This document shows, in pieces, positions 1 through 13,133 of a DNA stretch of 64,000 nucleotides (its first letter is position 1; each line of letters starts with the position of its first letter). The position numbers and the translations under genes are program-made. The notes beneath the pieces were generated by a model, which worked only from the letters and a program-made list of their open reading frames with translations, was not told the DNA's origin and searched no databases. The stretch lies in assembly GCF_058153355.1 (NCBI RefSeq), contig NZ_CM177019.1, one strand, 5' to 3'.

Positions 1-4
1 TATA

Positions 5-22
5 ATATAGCCTGTGCTATAT
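5..22. promoter_or_regulatory. palindrome ATATAGC-N4-GCTATAT upstream of mntS; candidate MntR operator
   Basis: Perfect 7-bp inverted repeat about 60 bp upstream of the mntS start codon. MntR is known to repress mntS; the site assignment is inference. Confidence 0.4.
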
Positions 23-80
23 CTGTATGTAATGCAATCATCCCTCAAGGATCGACGGGATTAGCAAGTCAGGAGGTCTT

Positions 81-209
81 ATGAATGAGTTCAAGAGGTG
101 TATGCGCGTGTTTAGTCATTCTCCCTTTAAAGTACGGTTAATGCTGCTCTCTATGTTGTGCGATATGGTCAACAACAAACCGCAGCAAGATAAACCTTCC
201 GATAAATAG
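81..209 (+). CDS. mntS: small protein MntS (42 aa), manganese homeostasis
   Basis: ATG at 81 preceded by AGGAGG at 71-76. Translation MNEFKRCMRVFSHSPFKVRLMLLSMLCDMVNNKPQQDKPSDK matches my recollection of MntS. Below the 60-aa cutoff of the ORF track. Confidence 0.8.
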   Translation: MNEFKRCMRVFSHSPFKVRLMLLSMLCDMVNNKPQQDKPSDK

Positions 210-480
210 CGGCGTCGCGGTACGCCGCTTCACCCCTGCTTTTATGCAGGCACAACGCGTTTTGCTCTGAAAAACCCCACTTTTTGTCGGATTTGCAATC
301 CCCTTCGCAAAAGATTTGTTCGTCAGTAGTTGACCTGAACGGCTGCTCGCTCTATCTTCTTGCAGCCCTGCGTATATTGCGGCTCGCGGATGCGGACCCT
401 TTTCCCCTCTTCTCGCACTCTTGCAGGTATTGACCCTTGACGCCAGGGTAAGCACATGGCGTTTGTTACGATAGTGGCAT

Positions 481-2064
481 ATGAATTTAACCCTCAAAGA
501 ATCGCTTGTTACCCGTAGCCGGGTATTTAGCCCGTGGACTGCGTTCTACTTTTTACAGTCGCTATTAATTAACCTCGGCTTAGGTTACCCCTTCAGTTTG
601 CTATACACCGCCGCATTTACGGCTATTTTGCTTTTGCTATGGCGAACATTGCCTCGCGTACAAAAAGTTCTGCTCGGTGTCAGTTCACTGATCGCCGCTT
701 GTTATTTCCCTTTTGCACAGGCCTACGGCGCGCCTAACTTCAATACCTTGCTGGCATTGCATTCCACCAATATGGAAGAGTCGACCGAAATCCTGACGAT
801 TTTTCCGTGGTACAGCTACCTGGTCGGCTTATTTATTTTTGCGCTCGGCGTAATAGCAATCAGGCGGAAAAAAGAGAGCGAAAAAGCGCGCTGGAATACC
901 TTCGACAGCCTGTGTCTGGTATTCAGTGTGGCGACATTTTTTGTTGCTCCCATGCAAAACCTGGCCTGGGGCGGCGTATTTAAACTGAAAGATACTGGCT
1001 ATCCGGTATTTCGTTTTGCTAAGGATGTCATCGTCAATAATAACGAGGTGATCGAAGAGCAAGAACGGATGGCAAAACTTTCCGGAATGAAAGATACCTG
1101 GACGGTCACTGCCGTTAAGCCGAAATATCAGACCTATGTGGTGGTGATCGGTGAAAGCGCGCGTCGCGATGCCCTCGGTGCCTTTGGCGGTCACTGGGAC
1201 AATACCCCGTTTGCCAGCAGTGTTAACGGTTTGCTTTTTGCTGACTACATTGCCGCCAGTGGCTCCACGCAGAAATCGCTTGGCTTAACGCTCAATCGCG
1301 TAGTCGATGGCAAACCACAGTTTCAGGATAACTTTGTCACCCTGGCAAATCGCGCGGGCTTCCAGACCTGGTGGTTTTCCAACCAGGGCCAAATCGGCGA
1401 ATACGATACCGCCATCGCCAGCATCGCCAAACGTGCAGATGAAGTGTACTTCCTGAAAGAAGGTAATTTTGAAGCAGATAAAAACACGAAAGACGAAGCG
1501 TTACTGGATATGACCGCTCAAGTGCTGGCACAAGAGCACTCGCAACCACAGCTGATTGTTTTACATCTGATGGGCTCACATCCGCAGGCCTGCGACCGGA
1601 CACAAGGCAAATACGAAACCTTTGTGCAATCGAAAGAAACGTCGTGCTATCTCTATACCATGACGCAAACGGACGATTTACTGCGCAAGCTGTACGATCA
1701 GTTACGCAACAGCGGCAGCAGCTTCTCGCTGGTTTACTTTTCTGACCACGGTCTGGCCTTTAAAGAGCGCGGCAAAGACGTGCAATACCTTGCCCATGAT
1801 GATAAGTATCAGCAAAATTTCCAGGTACCTTTTATGGTCATTTCCAGCGACGATAAAGCGCATCGGGTGATTAAAGCCCGCCGCTCAGCCAATGACTTTT
1901 TAGGCTTTTTCTCGCAGTGGACGGGAATTAAAGCGAAGGAAATTAACATCAAATACCCGTTTATATCTGAGAAGAAAGCCGGGCCGATATACATCACCAA
2001 CTTCCAGTTACAGAAGGTAGATTACAACCATCTCGGAACCGATATTTTCGACCCGAAACCTTAA
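481..2064 (+). CDS. opgE: phosphoethanolamine transferase OpgE (YbiP), 527 aa
   Basis: Long ORF with N-terminal multi-pass membrane region and sulfatase-like domain; position between mntS and ompX matches the K-12 map. Confidence 0.9.
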   Translation: MNLTLKESLVTRSRVFSPWTAFYFLQSLLINLGLGYPFSLLYTAAFTAILLLLWRTLPRVQKVLLGVSSLIAACYFPFAQAYGAPNFNTLLALHSTNMEESTEILTIFPWYSYLVGLFIFALGVIAIRRKKESEKARWNTFDSLCLVFSVATFFVAPMQNLAWGGVFKLKDTGYPVFRFAKDVIVNNNEVIEEQERMAKLSGMKDTWTVTAVKPKYQTYVVVIGESARRDALGAFGGHWDNTPFASSVNGLLFADYIAASGSTQKSLGLTLNRVVDGKPQFQDNFVTLANRAGFQTWWFSNQGQIGEYDTAIASIAKRADEVYFLKEGNFEADKNTKDEALLDMTAQVLAQEHSQPQLIVLHLMGSHPQACDRTQGKYETFVQSKETSCYLYTMTQTDDLLRKLYDQLRNSGSSFSLVYFSDHGLAFKERGKDVQYLAHDDKYQQNFQVPFMVISSDDKAHRVIKARRSANDFLGFFSQWTGIKAKEINIKYPFISEKKAGPIYITNFQLQKVDYNHLGTDIFDPKP

Positions 2065-2071
2065 AAACAAA

Positions 2072-2098
2072 AATCCGCCCCGAGAGGCGGATTTTTTA
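2072..2098. terminator. bidirectional rho-independent terminator between convergent opgE and ompX
   Basis: Hairpin AATCCGCCcCGAGAGGCGGATT flanked by A-run and T-run. Confidence 0.7.
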
Positions 2099-2112
2099 TA
2101 TCACCGAAGTGA

Positions 2113-2628
2113 TTAGAAGCGGTAACCAACACCGGCAATCCAGGTGCCTACGTCAACGCTACGAATACGGCTCTGCTCGTAAGAGAAGTCCAGAGCAACG
2201 TTTTCCATCGGGTTGAACTGCAGACCAGCACCGTAGGAGAAACCGTAGTCGCTGGTGTCGTGTTTGTAGGTCGGGTATTCAGTGGTCTGGAATTTACCGT
2301 AACCCACACCCACTACACCGTAGATGCTTGCCCAGTCGTTAATGCGGTAAGCCGGACCAGCAGTGATGCCGTAGTACTGGTTTTTGTTGTAGTCACCAGA
2401 GCTTGCAGTACGGCTTTTCTCGGTGTAAGTGAAAGAACCGATCACACCCAGCGGGCTGTTGTCTTCTTCATAGCGGTATTTCAGGTTGAAACCGCCCATT
2501 TTGTTCATTTGGCCCTGAGCGTCGCTCTGTGCGTAACCGCCAGTTACGGTAGAAGTCGCAGCTACGGAAGTAGCTGCGGTGAAAGCCAGAACTGCAGCCA
2601 GTGCTGAAAGACATGCAATTTTTTTCAT
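2113..2628 (-). CDS. ompX: outer membrane protein OmpX (171 aa)
   Basis: Translation MKKIACLSALAAVLAFTA...VGYRF recognised as OmpX; start taken at the third Met of the 173-aa ORF. Confidence 0.95.
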   Translation of the reverse strand: MKKIACLSALAAVLAFTAATSVAATSTVTGGYAQSDAQGQMNKMGGFNLKYRYEEDNSPLGVIGSFTYTEKSRTASSGDYNKNQYYGITAGPAYRINDWASIYGVVGVGYGKFQTTEYPTYKHDTSDYGFSYGAGLQFNPMENVALDFSYEQSRIRSVDVGTWIAGVGYRF

Positions 2629-2980
2629 AACCACCTCAAATGTGATTCAAATAAGTCCTAAGTTTTAAATATATCAAAAATTAATGGGAAACTCTTCGCG
2701 ATTTGTGATGTCTAACGGGCCATTTCATGTAACAGAACGTTTCCATACGCCGCTATCCATCTAAATTTAAATCACTTTTTCAGAGAACTGCATAAGTATT
2801 ACGCATGTTTTCCCTGTCATTCATCCAGATTATTCCTAATCACCAGACTAATGATTCCATCAATCCTGGCGCATTTTAGTCAAAACGGGGGAAAATTTTT
2901 TCAACAAATGCTCAACCAGCATTGGGTATATCCAGTACACTCCACGCTTTACTTAGGTTTAGATATTTGTGGGAGAAAGG

Positions 2981-3868
2981 ATGCCTGGTTCATTACGTAA
3001 AATGCCGGTCTGGTTACCAATAGTCATATTGCTCGTTGCCATGGCGTCTATTCAGGGTGGAGCCTCGTTAGCTAAGTCACTTTTTCCTCTGGTGGGTGCA
3101 CCGGGTGTCACTGCGCTGCGTCTGGCATTAGGAACGCTGATCCTCATCGCGTTCTTTAAGCCATGGCGACTGCGCTTTGCCAAAGAGCAACGATTACCGC
3201 TGTTGTTTTACGGCGTTTCGCTGGGTGGGATGAATTATCTTTTTTATCTTTCTATTCAAACGGTCCCACTGGGTATTGCGGTGGCGCTTGAGTTCACCGG
3301 ACCACTGGCGGTGGCGCTGTTCTCTTCTCGTCGCCCGGTAGATTTCGTCTGGGTTGTGCTGGCGGTTCTTGGTCTATGGTTCCTGCTACCGCTGGGGCAA
3401 GACGTTTCCCATGTCGATTTAACCGGCTGTGCGCTGGCACTGGGAGCAGGGGCTTGTTGGGCTATTTACATTTTAAGTGGGCAACGCGCAGGAGCGGAAC
3501 ATGGCCCTGCGACGGTGGCAATTGGTTCGTTGATTGCAGCGTTAATTTTCGTGCCAATTGGAGCGCTTCAGGCTGGTGAAGCACTCTGGCACTGGTCGGT
3601 TATTCCATTAGGTCTGGCTGTCGCTATTCTCTCGACCGCTCTGCCTTATTCGCTGGAAATGATTGCCCTCACCCGTTTGCCAACGCGGACATTTGGTACG
3701 CTGATGAGCATGGAACCGGCGCTGGCTGCCGTTTCCGGGATGATTTTCCTCGGAGAAACATTGACACCCATACAGCTGCTGGCGCTCGGCGCTATCATCG
3801 CCGCTTCAATGGGTTCTACGCTGACAGTACGCAAAGAGAGCAAAATAAAAGAATTAGACATTAATTAA
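2981..3868 (+). CDS. rhtA: threonine/homoserine exporter RhtA (DMT/EamA family)
   Basis: 10-TM EamA-type protein in the conserved position; start placed at MPGSLRK inside the 299-aa ORF. Confidence 0.85.
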   Translation: MPGSLRKMPVWLPIVILLVAMASIQGGASLAKSLFPLVGAPGVTALRLALGTLILIAFFKPWRLRFAKEQRLPLLFYGVSLGGMNYLFYLSIQTVPLGIAVALEFTGPLAVALFSSRRPVDFVWVVLAVLGLWFLLPLGQDVSHVDLTGCALALGAGACWAIYILSGQRAGAEHGPATVAIGSLIAALIFVPIGALQAGEALWHWSVIPLGLAVAILSTALPYSLEMIALTRLPTRTFGTLMSMEPALAAVSGMIFLGETLTPIQLLALGAIIAASMGSTLTVRKESKIKELDIN

Positions 3869-3877
3869 ATTTACATT

Positions 3878-3906
3878 TCTGCATGGTTATGCATAACCAT
3901 GCAGAA
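3878..3906. terminator. perfect palindrome hairpin downstream of rhtA
   Basis: CTGCATGGTTATGCATAACCATGCAG inverted repeat immediately after the rhtA stop codon. Confidence 0.6.
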
Positions 3907-4080
3907 TTTCTCGCTACTTTTCCTCCACACCGTCTTTATATATCGAATTATGCAAAAGCATATTTATTCCGAAAATTCCTGGCGAGCCAATAAATAAGAA
4001 TTGTTCTTATCAATATATCTAACTCATTGAATTTTTATTAGTTTTGTTTTTCACGCTTGTTACCACTATTAGTGTGATAG

Positions 4081-4671
<591 letters not shown>

Positions 4672-4711
4672 ATCCATCGCTGATGGTGCAGAAATTTAGT
4701 AAACGATAACA

Positions 4712-4740
4712 GCGGCTTCCTGACAGGAGGCCGTTTTGTT
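4712..4740 (+). terminator. dps rho-independent terminator
   Basis: Hairpin CGGCTTCCTGacaGGAGGCCG followed by TTTTGTTTT. Confidence 0.6.
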
Positions 4741-4901
4741 TTGCAATCCGCCTCAACGCACTTATTTAGTGCATCCATCCGCTGTCCACGACCATCAAAG
4801 TAAATTTTTTGTATCCACATCATCACACAATCGTTACATAAAGATTGTTTTTTCATCAGGTTTTACGCTAAATAATCACTGTGTTGAGTGCACAATTTTA
4901 G

Positions 4902-5022
4902 CGCACCAGTTTGGTGCCCCAGAATGGTGCATCTTCAGGGTATTGCCCTATAAATCGTGCATTACGTTTTTGCCGCATCTCGATAAATCAATGAGTTGCA
5001 AAACTGGCACGATTTTTTCATA
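4902..5022 (+). promoter_or_regulatory. glnHPQ nitrogen-regulated promoter region (NtrC sites plus sigma-54 promoter)
   Basis: GCACCAGTTTGGTGC and AATGGTGCATC at 4902-4932 resemble NtrC half-sites; TGGCACGATTTTTTCAT at 5005-5021 resembles a -24/-12 sigma-54 promoter about 50 bp upstream of glnH. Confidence 0.5.
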
Positions 5023-5057
5023 TGTGAATGTCACGCAGGGGATCGTCCCGTGGATAG

Positions 5058-5819
<762 letters not shown>

Positions 5820-5834
5820 TAATGCTACGCCTGT

Positions 5835-5910
5835 AAAGCGCACTGGCAGTTCCCTCTCCCCTCTGGGGAGAGGATTAGGGTGAGGGGCGCAAACCCGCTC
5901 CGGGGCCATT
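5835..5910. repeat. intergenic GC-rich stem-loop between glnH and glnP
   Basis: Inverted repeat CCTCTCCCCTCTGGGGAGAGG plus flanking palindromic sequence in the glnH-glnP spacer. Confidence 0.4.
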
Positions 5911-5957
5911 AATTACCCTGAATTTGATTATTTACACCACGGTAACAGGAACAACAT

Positions 5958-6617
5958 ATGCAGTTTGACTGGAGTGCCATCTGGCCTGCCATTCCGCTTC
6001 TGATTGAAGGTGCCAAAATGACCCTGTGGATTTCGGTCCTCGGTCTGGCTGGCGGCCTGGTGATCGGATTGCTGGCAGGTTTTGCACGCACCTTCGGTGG
6101 TTGGATATCCAACCACGTCGCGCTGGTCTTTATTGAAGTGATCCGCGGCACACCTATCGTCGTCCAGGTGATGTTTATCTACTTCGCCCTGCCGATGGCG
6201 TTTAACGACTTACGCATCGACCCATTTACTGCGGCGGTGGTCACCATCATGATCAACTCCGGCGCATACATTGCGGAAATCACGCGTGGTGCGGTGCTGT
6301 CTATCCACAAAGGTTTCCGTGAAGCAGGACTGGCTCTCGGCCTTTCACGTTGGGAAACCATTCGCTACGTCATTTTACCGCTGGCACTGCGTCGTATGCT
6401 GCCGCCGCTGGGTAACCAGTGGATCATCAGCATTAAAGACACCTCGCTGTTTATTGTTATCGGCGTGGCGGAACTGACCCGTCAGGGGCAAGAAATTATT
6501 GCCGGTAACTTCCGCGCCCTTGAGATCTGGAGCGCCGTGGCGGTGTTCTATCTGATTATTACCCTGGTGCTGAGCTTTATTCTGCGTCGTCTGGAAAGAA
6601 GGATGAAAATCCTGTGA
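5958..6617 (+). CDS. glnP: glutamine ABC transporter permease GlnP
   Basis: 219-aa polar amino-acid ABC permease; overlaps the glnQ start by 4 nt. Confidence 0.95.
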   Translation: MQFDWSAIWPAIPLLIEGAKMTLWISVLGLAGGLVIGLLAGFARTFGGWISNHVALVFIEVIRGTPIVVQVMFIYFALPMAFNDLRIDPFTAAVVTIMINSGAYIAEITRGAVLSIHKGFREAGLALGLSRWETIRYVILPLALRRMLPPLGNQWIISIKDTSLFIVIGVAELTRQGQEIIAGNFRALEIWSAVAVFYLIITLVLSFILRRLERRMKIL

Positions 6618-7336
6618 TTGAATTTAAAAACGTCTCCAAGCATTTTGGTCCAACCCAGGTGCTGCACAATATCGATTTGAACATTGCTCAGGGCGAAGTC
6701 GTGGTGATTATCGGGCCGTCCGGTTCCGGTAAATCGACTCTGCTGCGCTGCATCAACAAACTGGAAGAAATCACTTCCGGCGATCTGATTGTCGATGGCC
6801 TGAAGGTTAACGATCCGAAAGTTGACGAGCGCCTGATTCGCCAGGAAGCGGGTATGGTGTTCCAGCAGTTTTACCTCTTCCCGCATCTGACGGCGCTGGA
6901 AAACGTCATGTTTGGCCCGCTACGTGTACGTGGCGCGAACAAAGAAGACGCTGAAAAACTGGCGCGTGAACTGCTGGCGAAAGTCGGTCTGGCAGAACGT
7001 GCACATCACTACCCTTCCGAACTTTCTGGTGGTCAGCAGCAGCGTGTGGCGATTGCCCGCGCGCTGGCGGTGAAGCCGAAAATGATGCTATTTGATGAAC
7101 CAACTTCCGCTCTTGACCCGGAACTGCGCCATGAAGTGCTGAAGGTTATGCAGGATCTGGCTGAAGAAGGCATGACGATGGTGATCGTGACCCACGAAAT
7201 CGGTTTTGCCGAGAAAGTCGCTTCGCGTCTTATCTTCATTGATAAAGGCCGAATTGCAGAAGATGGCGATCCGCAGGCGTTGATCAAGAACCCGCCGAGC
7301 CAGCGCTTGCAGGAATTTTTGCAGCACGTCTCTTAA
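6614..7336 (+). CDS. glnQ: glutamine ABC transporter ATP-binding protein GlnQ
   Basis: Walker [10 protein letters not shown], signature LSGGQQQR and Walker [13 protein letters not shown] present. Confidence 0.95.
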   Translation: MIEFKNVSKHFGPTQVLHNIDLNIAQGEVVVIIGPSGSGKSTLLRCINKLEEITSGDLIVDGLKVNDPKVDERLIRQEAGMVFQQFYLFPHLTALENVMFGPLRVRGANKEDAEKLARELLAKVGLAERAHHYPSELSGGQQQRVAIARALAVKPKMMLFDEPTSALDPELRHEVLKVMQDLAEEGMTMVIVTHEIGFAEKVASRLIFIDKGRIAEDGDPQALIKNPPSQRLQEFLQHVS

Positions 7337-7425
7337 CTTCTCAGCCTCCCTTTCCCCCGAAAGGGAGGCACACCAGATTCCTCTCATTTAAAATCGCCCC
7401 TCCCCCAGCATCTATACTTATCTTT

Positions 7426-9678
7426 TTGCTCTGTTTTCTCACTGGAGGAGTCATGCGGTGGATCCTGTTCATCCTCTTCTGCCTGCTGGGCGCACCTGCC
7501 CACGCGGTATCCATACCCGGCGTTACAACCACAACGACAACGGACTCAACGACTGAACCGGCCCCGGAACCGGATATCGAACAAAAAAAAGCGGCCTATG
7601 GCGCACTGGCGGATGTGCTGGATAATGACACCTCGCGTAAAGAGTTGATCGACCAGTTGCGCACCGTCGCCGCTACGCCTCCTGCGGAACCCGTACCGAA
7701 GATCGTGCCGCCGACGCTGGTTGAAGAGCAAACCGTGCTGCAAAAGGTCACCGAAGTCAGCCGCCATTATGGTGAAGCCCTTTCCGCCCGCTTCGGACAA
7801 CTTTATCGCAATATCACCGGCTCCCCGCATAAGCCGTTTAATCCACAAACCTTCAGCAATGCGTTGACCCATTTTTCAATGTTAGCGGTATTAGTGTTTG
7901 GTTTTTACTGGCTGATTCGCCTGTGCGCACTTCCGCTGTATCGCAAAATGGGCCAGTGGGCGCGGCAAAAAAATCGTGAGCGCAGTAACTGGTTGCAGCT
8001 TCCGGCGATGATTATCGGGGCGTTTATTATCGACCTGCTGTTACTGGCACTGACATTATTTGTCGGCCAGGTCTTAAGCGACAACCTGAATGCGGGCAGT
8101 CGCACCATCGCTTTCCAACAAAGTTTGTTTCTCAACGCCTTTGCCCTGATTGAATTTTTCAAAGCCGTACTACGCCTGATTTTTTGCCCCAACGTGGCGG
8201 AGCTGCGCCCGTTCACGATTCAGGACGAAAGCGCCCGTTACTGGAGTCGTCGCCTGAGCTGGTTAAGCAGCCTGATTGGGTATGGTCTGATTGTGGCTGT
8301 GCCGATTATCTCTAATCAGGTGAATGTGCAAATCGGTGCGCTAGCGAACGTCATCATTATGCTGTGCATGACGGTCTGGGCGTTGTACCTGATCTTTCGT
8401 AATAAAAAAGAGATTACCCAGCATTTGCTCAACTTCGCGGAACACTCGCTGGCCTTTTTCAGCCTGTTTATTCGCGCTTTTGCGCTGGTGTGGCACTGGT
8501 TGGCAAGCGCCTATTTTATCGTGCTGTTTTTCTTTTCGTTGTTCGATCCGGGCAACAGCCTGAAATTTATGATGGGTGCAACGGTACGCAGCCTGGCGAT
8601 TATTGGTATCGCCGCGTTTGTTTCCGGTATGTTTTCCCGCTGGCTGGCGAAAACCATCACTCTCTCGCCACATACTCAGCGTAATTATCCGGAACTGCAA
8701 AAACGGCTGAACGGCTGGCTTTCGGCGGCACTGAAAACGGCGCGTATTCTTACCGTCTGCGTGGCGGTGATGTTGCTGTTGAGCGCATGGGGATTGTTCG
8801 ATTTTTGGAACTGGCTGCAAAACGGCGCGGGGCAGAAAACCGTAGATATCCTGATCCGTATCGCACTCATCCTTTTCTTCTCGGCGGTTGGCTGGACGGT
8901 GCTTGCCAGTTTGATCGAAAACCGACTGGCTTCGGATATTCATGGCCGCCCGCTACCGAGCGCCCGCACGCGTACTCTGCTGACGCTGTTTCGCAACGCG
9001 CTGGCGGTGATTATCAGTACCATCACCATCATGATTGTCTTGTCAGAAATCGGCGTCAATATCGCGCCATTGCTGGCAGGTGCCGGGGCATTAGGGCTGG
9101 CTATCTCGTTTGGTTCGCAAACGCTGGTGAAAGATATCATCACCGGCGTGTTTATACAGTTTGAAAACGGCATGAATACCGGTGATTTGGTGACTATCGG
9201 GCCGTTGACCGGCACTGTGGAACGGATGTCAATTCGATCGGTGGGCGTGCGTCAGGATACCGGGGCGTATCACATCATTCCGTGGTCTTCGATTACCACC
9301 TTTGCTAACTTTGTCCGCGGTATTGGTTCGGTAGTGGCAAATTATGATGTTGATCGCCATGAAGATGCTGATAAAGCCAATCAGGCACTGAAAGATGCGG
9401 TAGCGGAATTGATGGCAAACGAAGAAATTCGCGGGTTGATTATCGGTGAACCGAACTTTGCCGGGATTGTCGGCTTAAGCAATACCGCATTTACACTGCG
9501 AGTTTCGTTCACTACGCTGCCACTCAAACAGTGGACGGTACGCTTTGCCCTCGACAGCCAGGTGAAAAAACATTTCGACCTGGCGGGCGTTCGCGCGCCA
9601 GTGCAGACTTATCAGGTGCTGCCTGCTCCGGGCGCGACCCCGGCTGAACCGTTGCCGCCGGGGGAACCAACGCTTTAA
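7426..9678 (+). CDS. ybiO: MscS-family mechanosensitive channel YbiO
   Basis: Signal peptide, multi-TM region and C-terminal MscS domain; the true start may be the internal Met at 7453. Confidence 0.85.
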   Translation: MLCFLTGGVMRWILFILFCLLGAPAHAVSIPGVTTTTTTDSTTEPAPEPDIEQKKAAYGALADVLDNDTSRKELIDQLRTVAATPPAEPVPKIVPPTLVEEQTVLQKVTEVSRHYGEALSARFGQLYRNITGSPHKPFNPQTFSNALTHFSMLAVLVFGFYWLIRLCALPLYRKMGQWARQKNRERSNWLQLPAMIIGAFIIDLLLLALTLFVGQVLSDNLNAGSRTIAFQQSLFLNAFALIEFFKAVLRLIFCPNVAELRPFTIQDESARYWSRRLSWLSSLIGYGLIVAVPIISNQVNVQIGALANVIIMLCMTVWALYLIFRNKKEITQHLLNFAEHSLAFFSLFIRAFALVWHWLASAYFIVLFFFSLFDPGNSLKFMMGATVRSLAIIGIAAFVSGMFSRWLAKTITLSPHTQRNYPELQKRLNGWLSAALKTARILTVCVAVMLLLSAWGLFDFWNWLQNGAGQKTVDILIRIALILFFSAVGWTVLASLIENRLASDIHGRPLPSARTRTLLTLFRNALAVIISTITIMIVLSEIGVNIAPLLAGAGALGLAISFGSQTLVKDIITGVFIQFENGMNTGDLVTIGPLTGTVERMSIRSVGVRQDTGAYHIIPWSSITTFANFVRGIGSVVANYDVDRHEDADKANQALKDAVAELMANEEIRGLIIGEPNFAGIVGLSNTAFTLRVSFTTLPLKQWTVRFALDSQVKKHFDLAGVRAPVQTYQVLPAPGATPAEPLPPGEPTL

Positions 9679-10601
9679 CGCTGGCGATTGACAAAACGGC
9701 GGCGCTGCTCGTCGTTCATAAAGGTCCAGGCAATAAAGCGACTCTGCTTTTGCCCCTGGGCCATCTCTTTTTTAACCACTTTCACCGCGCCCACGTCCGT
9801 CAGAGCACGATACAACGGCGGTAAGTTTTCGCCACGAGATACCAGCGAGGTAAACCACATCACCTGCTTCGCGAAGCCTTTGCTCTCTTCAATCATCTTT
9901 TTGATAAAAGCCACTTCACCGCCTTCACACCACAGCTCCTGTTGCTGACCACCAAAGTTCAGTGCATCGTCTTTGTTCAGCCCCAGGTTACGCCGTTTAC
10001 GCTCACTACCCGCCCGTGCCGCAGCGGCGGAATCGTGGAATGGCGGGTTACACAAGGTCGCGTCGTATTGCTCGTTTTTGTGGATAATACCGTTAAAAAT
10101 CGCCCCGCTCTCTTTCTGCCGACGCAGACGAATGGCGCGGTTAAGCCCCGGATTAGCACTGATGATCGCCTGCGCACTGCTTAACGCCTGGCTGCTGGTG
10201 TCACTACCGGTAAAACGCCAGCCATATTCATGTACGCCAATCAGCGGATAAATACAGTTCGCACCAACGCCGATATCCAGAATGCTGGCATTAGCTGGAA
10301 TTGTTCCGCTTGCTTCAGCCAGTAAATCGGCAAGGTGATGAATATAATCCGCCCGGCCCGGTACTGGCGGGCAGAGAAAACCGTCCGGGATATCCCAGTT
10401 CGCTACGGCGTAAAAATGGGCCAGCAACGCCTTATTGAGCGCCTTCACCGCCAGCGGATTGGCAAAGTCTACGCTTTGCTCCCCGGCAGGTGTAAGCGTG
10501 AGGAATTGCCTGAGTTCAGAATTGACCTGACAAAGCGTGGCAAGATCGTAGCGGCTGTGATGACGGTTGCGCGGATGCAACCCCGGTTTCTGGGCGGACA
10601 T
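9675..10601 (-). CDS. rlmF: 23S rRNA m6A1618 methyltransferase RlmF
   Basis: SAM-dependent methyltransferase in the conserved position; start set at [10 protein letters not shown] inside the 335-aa ORF. Confidence 0.85.
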   Translation of the reverse strand: MSAQKPGLHPRNRHHSRYDLATLCQVNSELRQFLTLTPAGEQSVDFANPLAVKALNKALLAHFYAVANWDIPDGFLCPPVPGRADYIHHLADLLAEASGTIPANASILDIGVGANCIYPLIGVHEYGWRFTGSDTSSQALSSAQAIISANPGLNRAIRLRRQKESGAIFNGIIHKNEQYDATLCNPPFHDSAAAARAGSERKRRNLGLNKDDALNFGGQQQELWCEGGEVAFIKKMIEESKGFAKQVMWFTSLVSRGENLPPLYRALTDVGAVKVVKKEMAQGQKQSRFIAWTFMNDEQRRRFVNRQR

Positions 10602-10876
10602 AGCATTCTCCTTTAAGCAGCGGCGTAAGATACCCGCATAACGCGACAGGGTAAATATCTGGCTGCGTTTATCATTCCCCAAAACCTTAACATGGCTATG
10701 GTTTACGGCAATTCATCATAAAAATCAGCATCATGCATGTCATTGATTTGTCTTATTTTGTAAAAATATATCGTTCAAAAAACAAGCACATCTCTGTCAA
10801 TTTTTTGCGTCATTTTCATCGTCCAGGCGACCTACACTTATCAGGCACTACCCGTTGTATTTATGAGGATGTCATT

Positions 10877-11137
10877 ATGAAAAAGTGCCTCACACTACTG
10901 ATTGCCACCGTCCTGAGCGGAATCTCTCTCACGGCTTATGCCGCGCAACCGATGAGTAACCTGGACAGCGGTCAGCTACGGCCCGCCGGTACCGTTTCGG
11001 CAACTGGCGCATCAAACCTAAGCGATCTGGAGGATAAACTGGCAGAAAAAGCGCGCGAACAAGGCGCGAAAGGTTATGTCATTAATTCCGCGGGCGGAAA
11101 TGACCAGATGTTCGGTACTGCAACCATCTACAAATAA
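10877..11137 (+). CDS. mcbA: DUF1471 (YdgH/BhsA/McbA family) periplasmic protein McbA
   Basis: 86-aa product with signal peptide and conserved C-terminal GYVINSAGG...TATIYK motif; start set at MKKCLTLL inside the 134-aa ORF. Confidence 0.8.
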   Translation: MKKCLTLLIATVLSGISLTAYAAQPMSNLDSGQLRPAGTVSATGASNLSDLEDKLAEKAREQGAKGYVINSAGGNDQMFGTATIYK

Positions 11138-11272
11138 CCCCACCAACGTAACTGCATTCGCCTCTGGATGCAGTTTTCGCCTGTTTTGTAATCAAAAAAC
11201 ATCAAATATGAACGCAATGTAAATAAATGTATTTCTTTTTCGCGCAATGGGTGATAGAAAATCGCGCCAAGT

Positions 11273-11297
11273 GATAATGCTTATCAAAATTATTATC
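11273..11297 (+). promoter_or_regulatory. Fur box in the fiu promoter
   Basis: GATAATGCTTATCAAAATTATTATC resembles the GATAATGATAATCATTATC Fur consensus about 100 bp upstream of fiu. Confidence 0.6.
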
Positions 11298-11707
11298 ACT
11301 TGCACGAACGCTATCACGGGATTAACAGTGGCATCGCATCCGCAGAGAGGCTTTCTCGTGACAGTGAAAATTTCAACATATAAGAAAAAGTTACCTGCAA
11401 AATGGAAAACAATCGCAATTTCCCTGCCAGACAATTTCATTCGCTCACGTTCTTTGCCGGTCTTTGTATTGGCATCACGCCTGTGGCACAGGCACTCGCT
11501 GCCGAAGGGCAAGCTAACGCGGATGACACGCTGGTTGTCGAAGCATCAACGCCTTCGCTTTACGCGCCACAACAATCTGCCGATCCGAAATTCTCGCGTC
11601 CGGTAGCAGATACTACCCGCACGATGACGGTGATTTCTGAACAAGTGATTAAAGATCAGGGTGCAACCAACCTTACCGATGCGCTCAAAAACGTCGGCAC
11701 ATTGCCG

Positions 11708-13133
11708 TAATGCCGATCAGTTAAGGATCAGTTGACCGATCCAGTGGCTGTGTAAGAATCCGGAAACGCTCACTTGTTTCCGGATTTTTTTATGCACATT
11801 GGACAGGCTCTTGATCTGGTATCCCGTTACGATTCTCTGCGTAACCCACTGACTTCTCTGGGGGATTACCTCGACCCCGAACTCATCTCTCGTTGCCTTG
11901 CCGAATCAGGTACTGTAACGCTACGCAAGCGCCGTCTTCCCCTCGAAATGATGGTCTGGTGTATTGTTGGCATGGCGCTTGAGCGTAAAGAACCTCTTCA
12001 CCAGATTGTGAATCGCCTGGACATCATGCTGCCGGGCAATCGCCCCTTCGTTGCCCCCAGTGCCGTTATTCAGGCCCGCCAGCGCCTGGGAAGTGAGGCT
12101 GTCCGCCGCGTGTTCACGAAAACAGCGCAGCTCTGGCATAACGCCACGCCGCATCCGCACTGGTGCGGCCTGACCCTGCTGGCCATCGATGGTGTGTTCT
12201 GGCGCACACCGGATACACCAGAGAACGATGCAGCCTTCCCCCGCCAGACACATGCCGGGAACCCGGCGCTCTACCCGCAGGTCAAAATGGTCTGCCAGAT
12301 GGAACTGACCAGCCATCTGCTGACGGCTGCAGCCTTCGGCACGATGAAGAACAGCGAAAATGAGCTTGCTGAGCAACTTATAGAACAAACCGGCGATAAC
12401 ACTCTGACGTTAATGGATAAAGGTTATTACTCACTGGGACTGTTAAATGCCTGGAGCCTGGCGGGAGAACACCGCCACTGGATGATACCTCTCAGAAAGG
12501 GAGCGCAATATGAAGAGATCAGAAAACTGGGTAAAGGCGATCATCTGGTGAAGCTGAAAACCAGCCCGCAGGCACGAAAAAAGTGGCCGGGACTGGGAAA
12601 TGAAGTGACAGCCCGCCTGCTGACCGTGACGCGCAAAGGAAAAGTCTGCCATCTGCTGACGTCGATGACGGACGCCATGCGCTTCCCCGGAGGAGAAATG
12701 GCGGATCTGTACAGTCATCGCTGGGAAATCGAACTGGGATACAGGGAGATAAAACAGACGATGCAACTGAGCAGGCTGACGCTGAGAAGTAAAAAGCCGG
12801 AGCTTGTGGAGCAAGAGCTGTGGGGTGTCTTACTGGCTTATAATCTGGTGAGATATCAGATGATTAAAATGGCGGAACATCTGAAAGGTTACTGGCCGAA
12901 TCAACTGAGTTTCTCAGAATCATGCGGAATGGTGATGAGAATGCTGATGACATTGCAGGGCGCTTCACCGGGACGTATACCGGAGCTGATGCGCGATCTT
13001 GCAAGTATGGGACAACTTGTGAAATTACCGACAAGAAGGGAAAGGGCCTTCCCGAGAGTGGTAAAGGAGAGGCCCTGGAAATACCCCACAGCCCCGAAAA
13101 AGAGCCAGTCAGTTGCTTAACTGACTGGCATTA
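11708..13133 (+). mobile_element. insertion sequence IS4 (1426 bp)
   Basis: Imperfect terminal inverted repeats TAATGCCGATCAGTTAAG and CTTAACTGACTGGCATTA bound a single transposase ORF; the length equals the canonical IS4 length. Confidence 0.9.
11792..13120 (+). CDS. insG: IS4 transposase InsG (442 aa)
   Basis: Translation [27 protein letters not shown]... recognised as IS4 transposase (DDE family). Confidence 0.9.
   Translation: MHIGQALDLVSRYDSLRNPLTSLGDYLDPELISRCLAESGTVTLRKRRLPLEMMVWCIVGMALERKEPLHQIVNRLDIMLPGNRPFVAPSAVIQARQRLGSEAVRRVFTKTAQLWHNATPHPHWCGLTLLAIDGVFWRTPDTPENDAAFPRQTHAGNPALYPQVKMVCQMELTSHLLTAAAFGTMKNSENELAEQLIEQTGDNTLTLMDKGYYSLGLLNAWSLAGEHRHWMIPLRKGAQYEEIRKLGKGDHLVKLKTSPQARKKWPGLGNEVTARLLTVTRKGKVCHLLTSMTDAMRFPGGEMADLYSHRWEIELGYREIKQTMQLSRLTLRSKKPELVEQELWGVLLAYNLVRYQMIKMAEHLKGYWPNQLSFSESCGMVMRMLMTLQGASPGRIPELMRDLASMGQLVKLPTRRERAFPRVVKERPWKYPTAPKKSQSVA

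Noticed and set aside
138-497. 119-aa minus-strand ORF upstream of opgE
   Set aside because: It overlaps mntS on the opposite strand and spans the opgE promoter region; more parsimonious as non-coding.
829-1194. Antisense or nested ORFs from the six-frame track inside conserved genes (e.g. 829-1194, 2260-2607, 4192-4677, 5409-5909, 8341-8943, 20802-21467, 25068-25721, 53330-53695)
   Set aside because: They lie entirely within well-supported genes on the opposite strand or in another frame and have no independent start signals; treated as chance ORFs in GC-rich coding sequence.
5835-5910. Possible CRISPR-like or other repeat array in the glnH-glnP spacer and in the REP clusters
   Set aside because: These are single palindromic units or REP/BIME elements without regularly spaced direct repeats and unique spacers; no cas genes are present.
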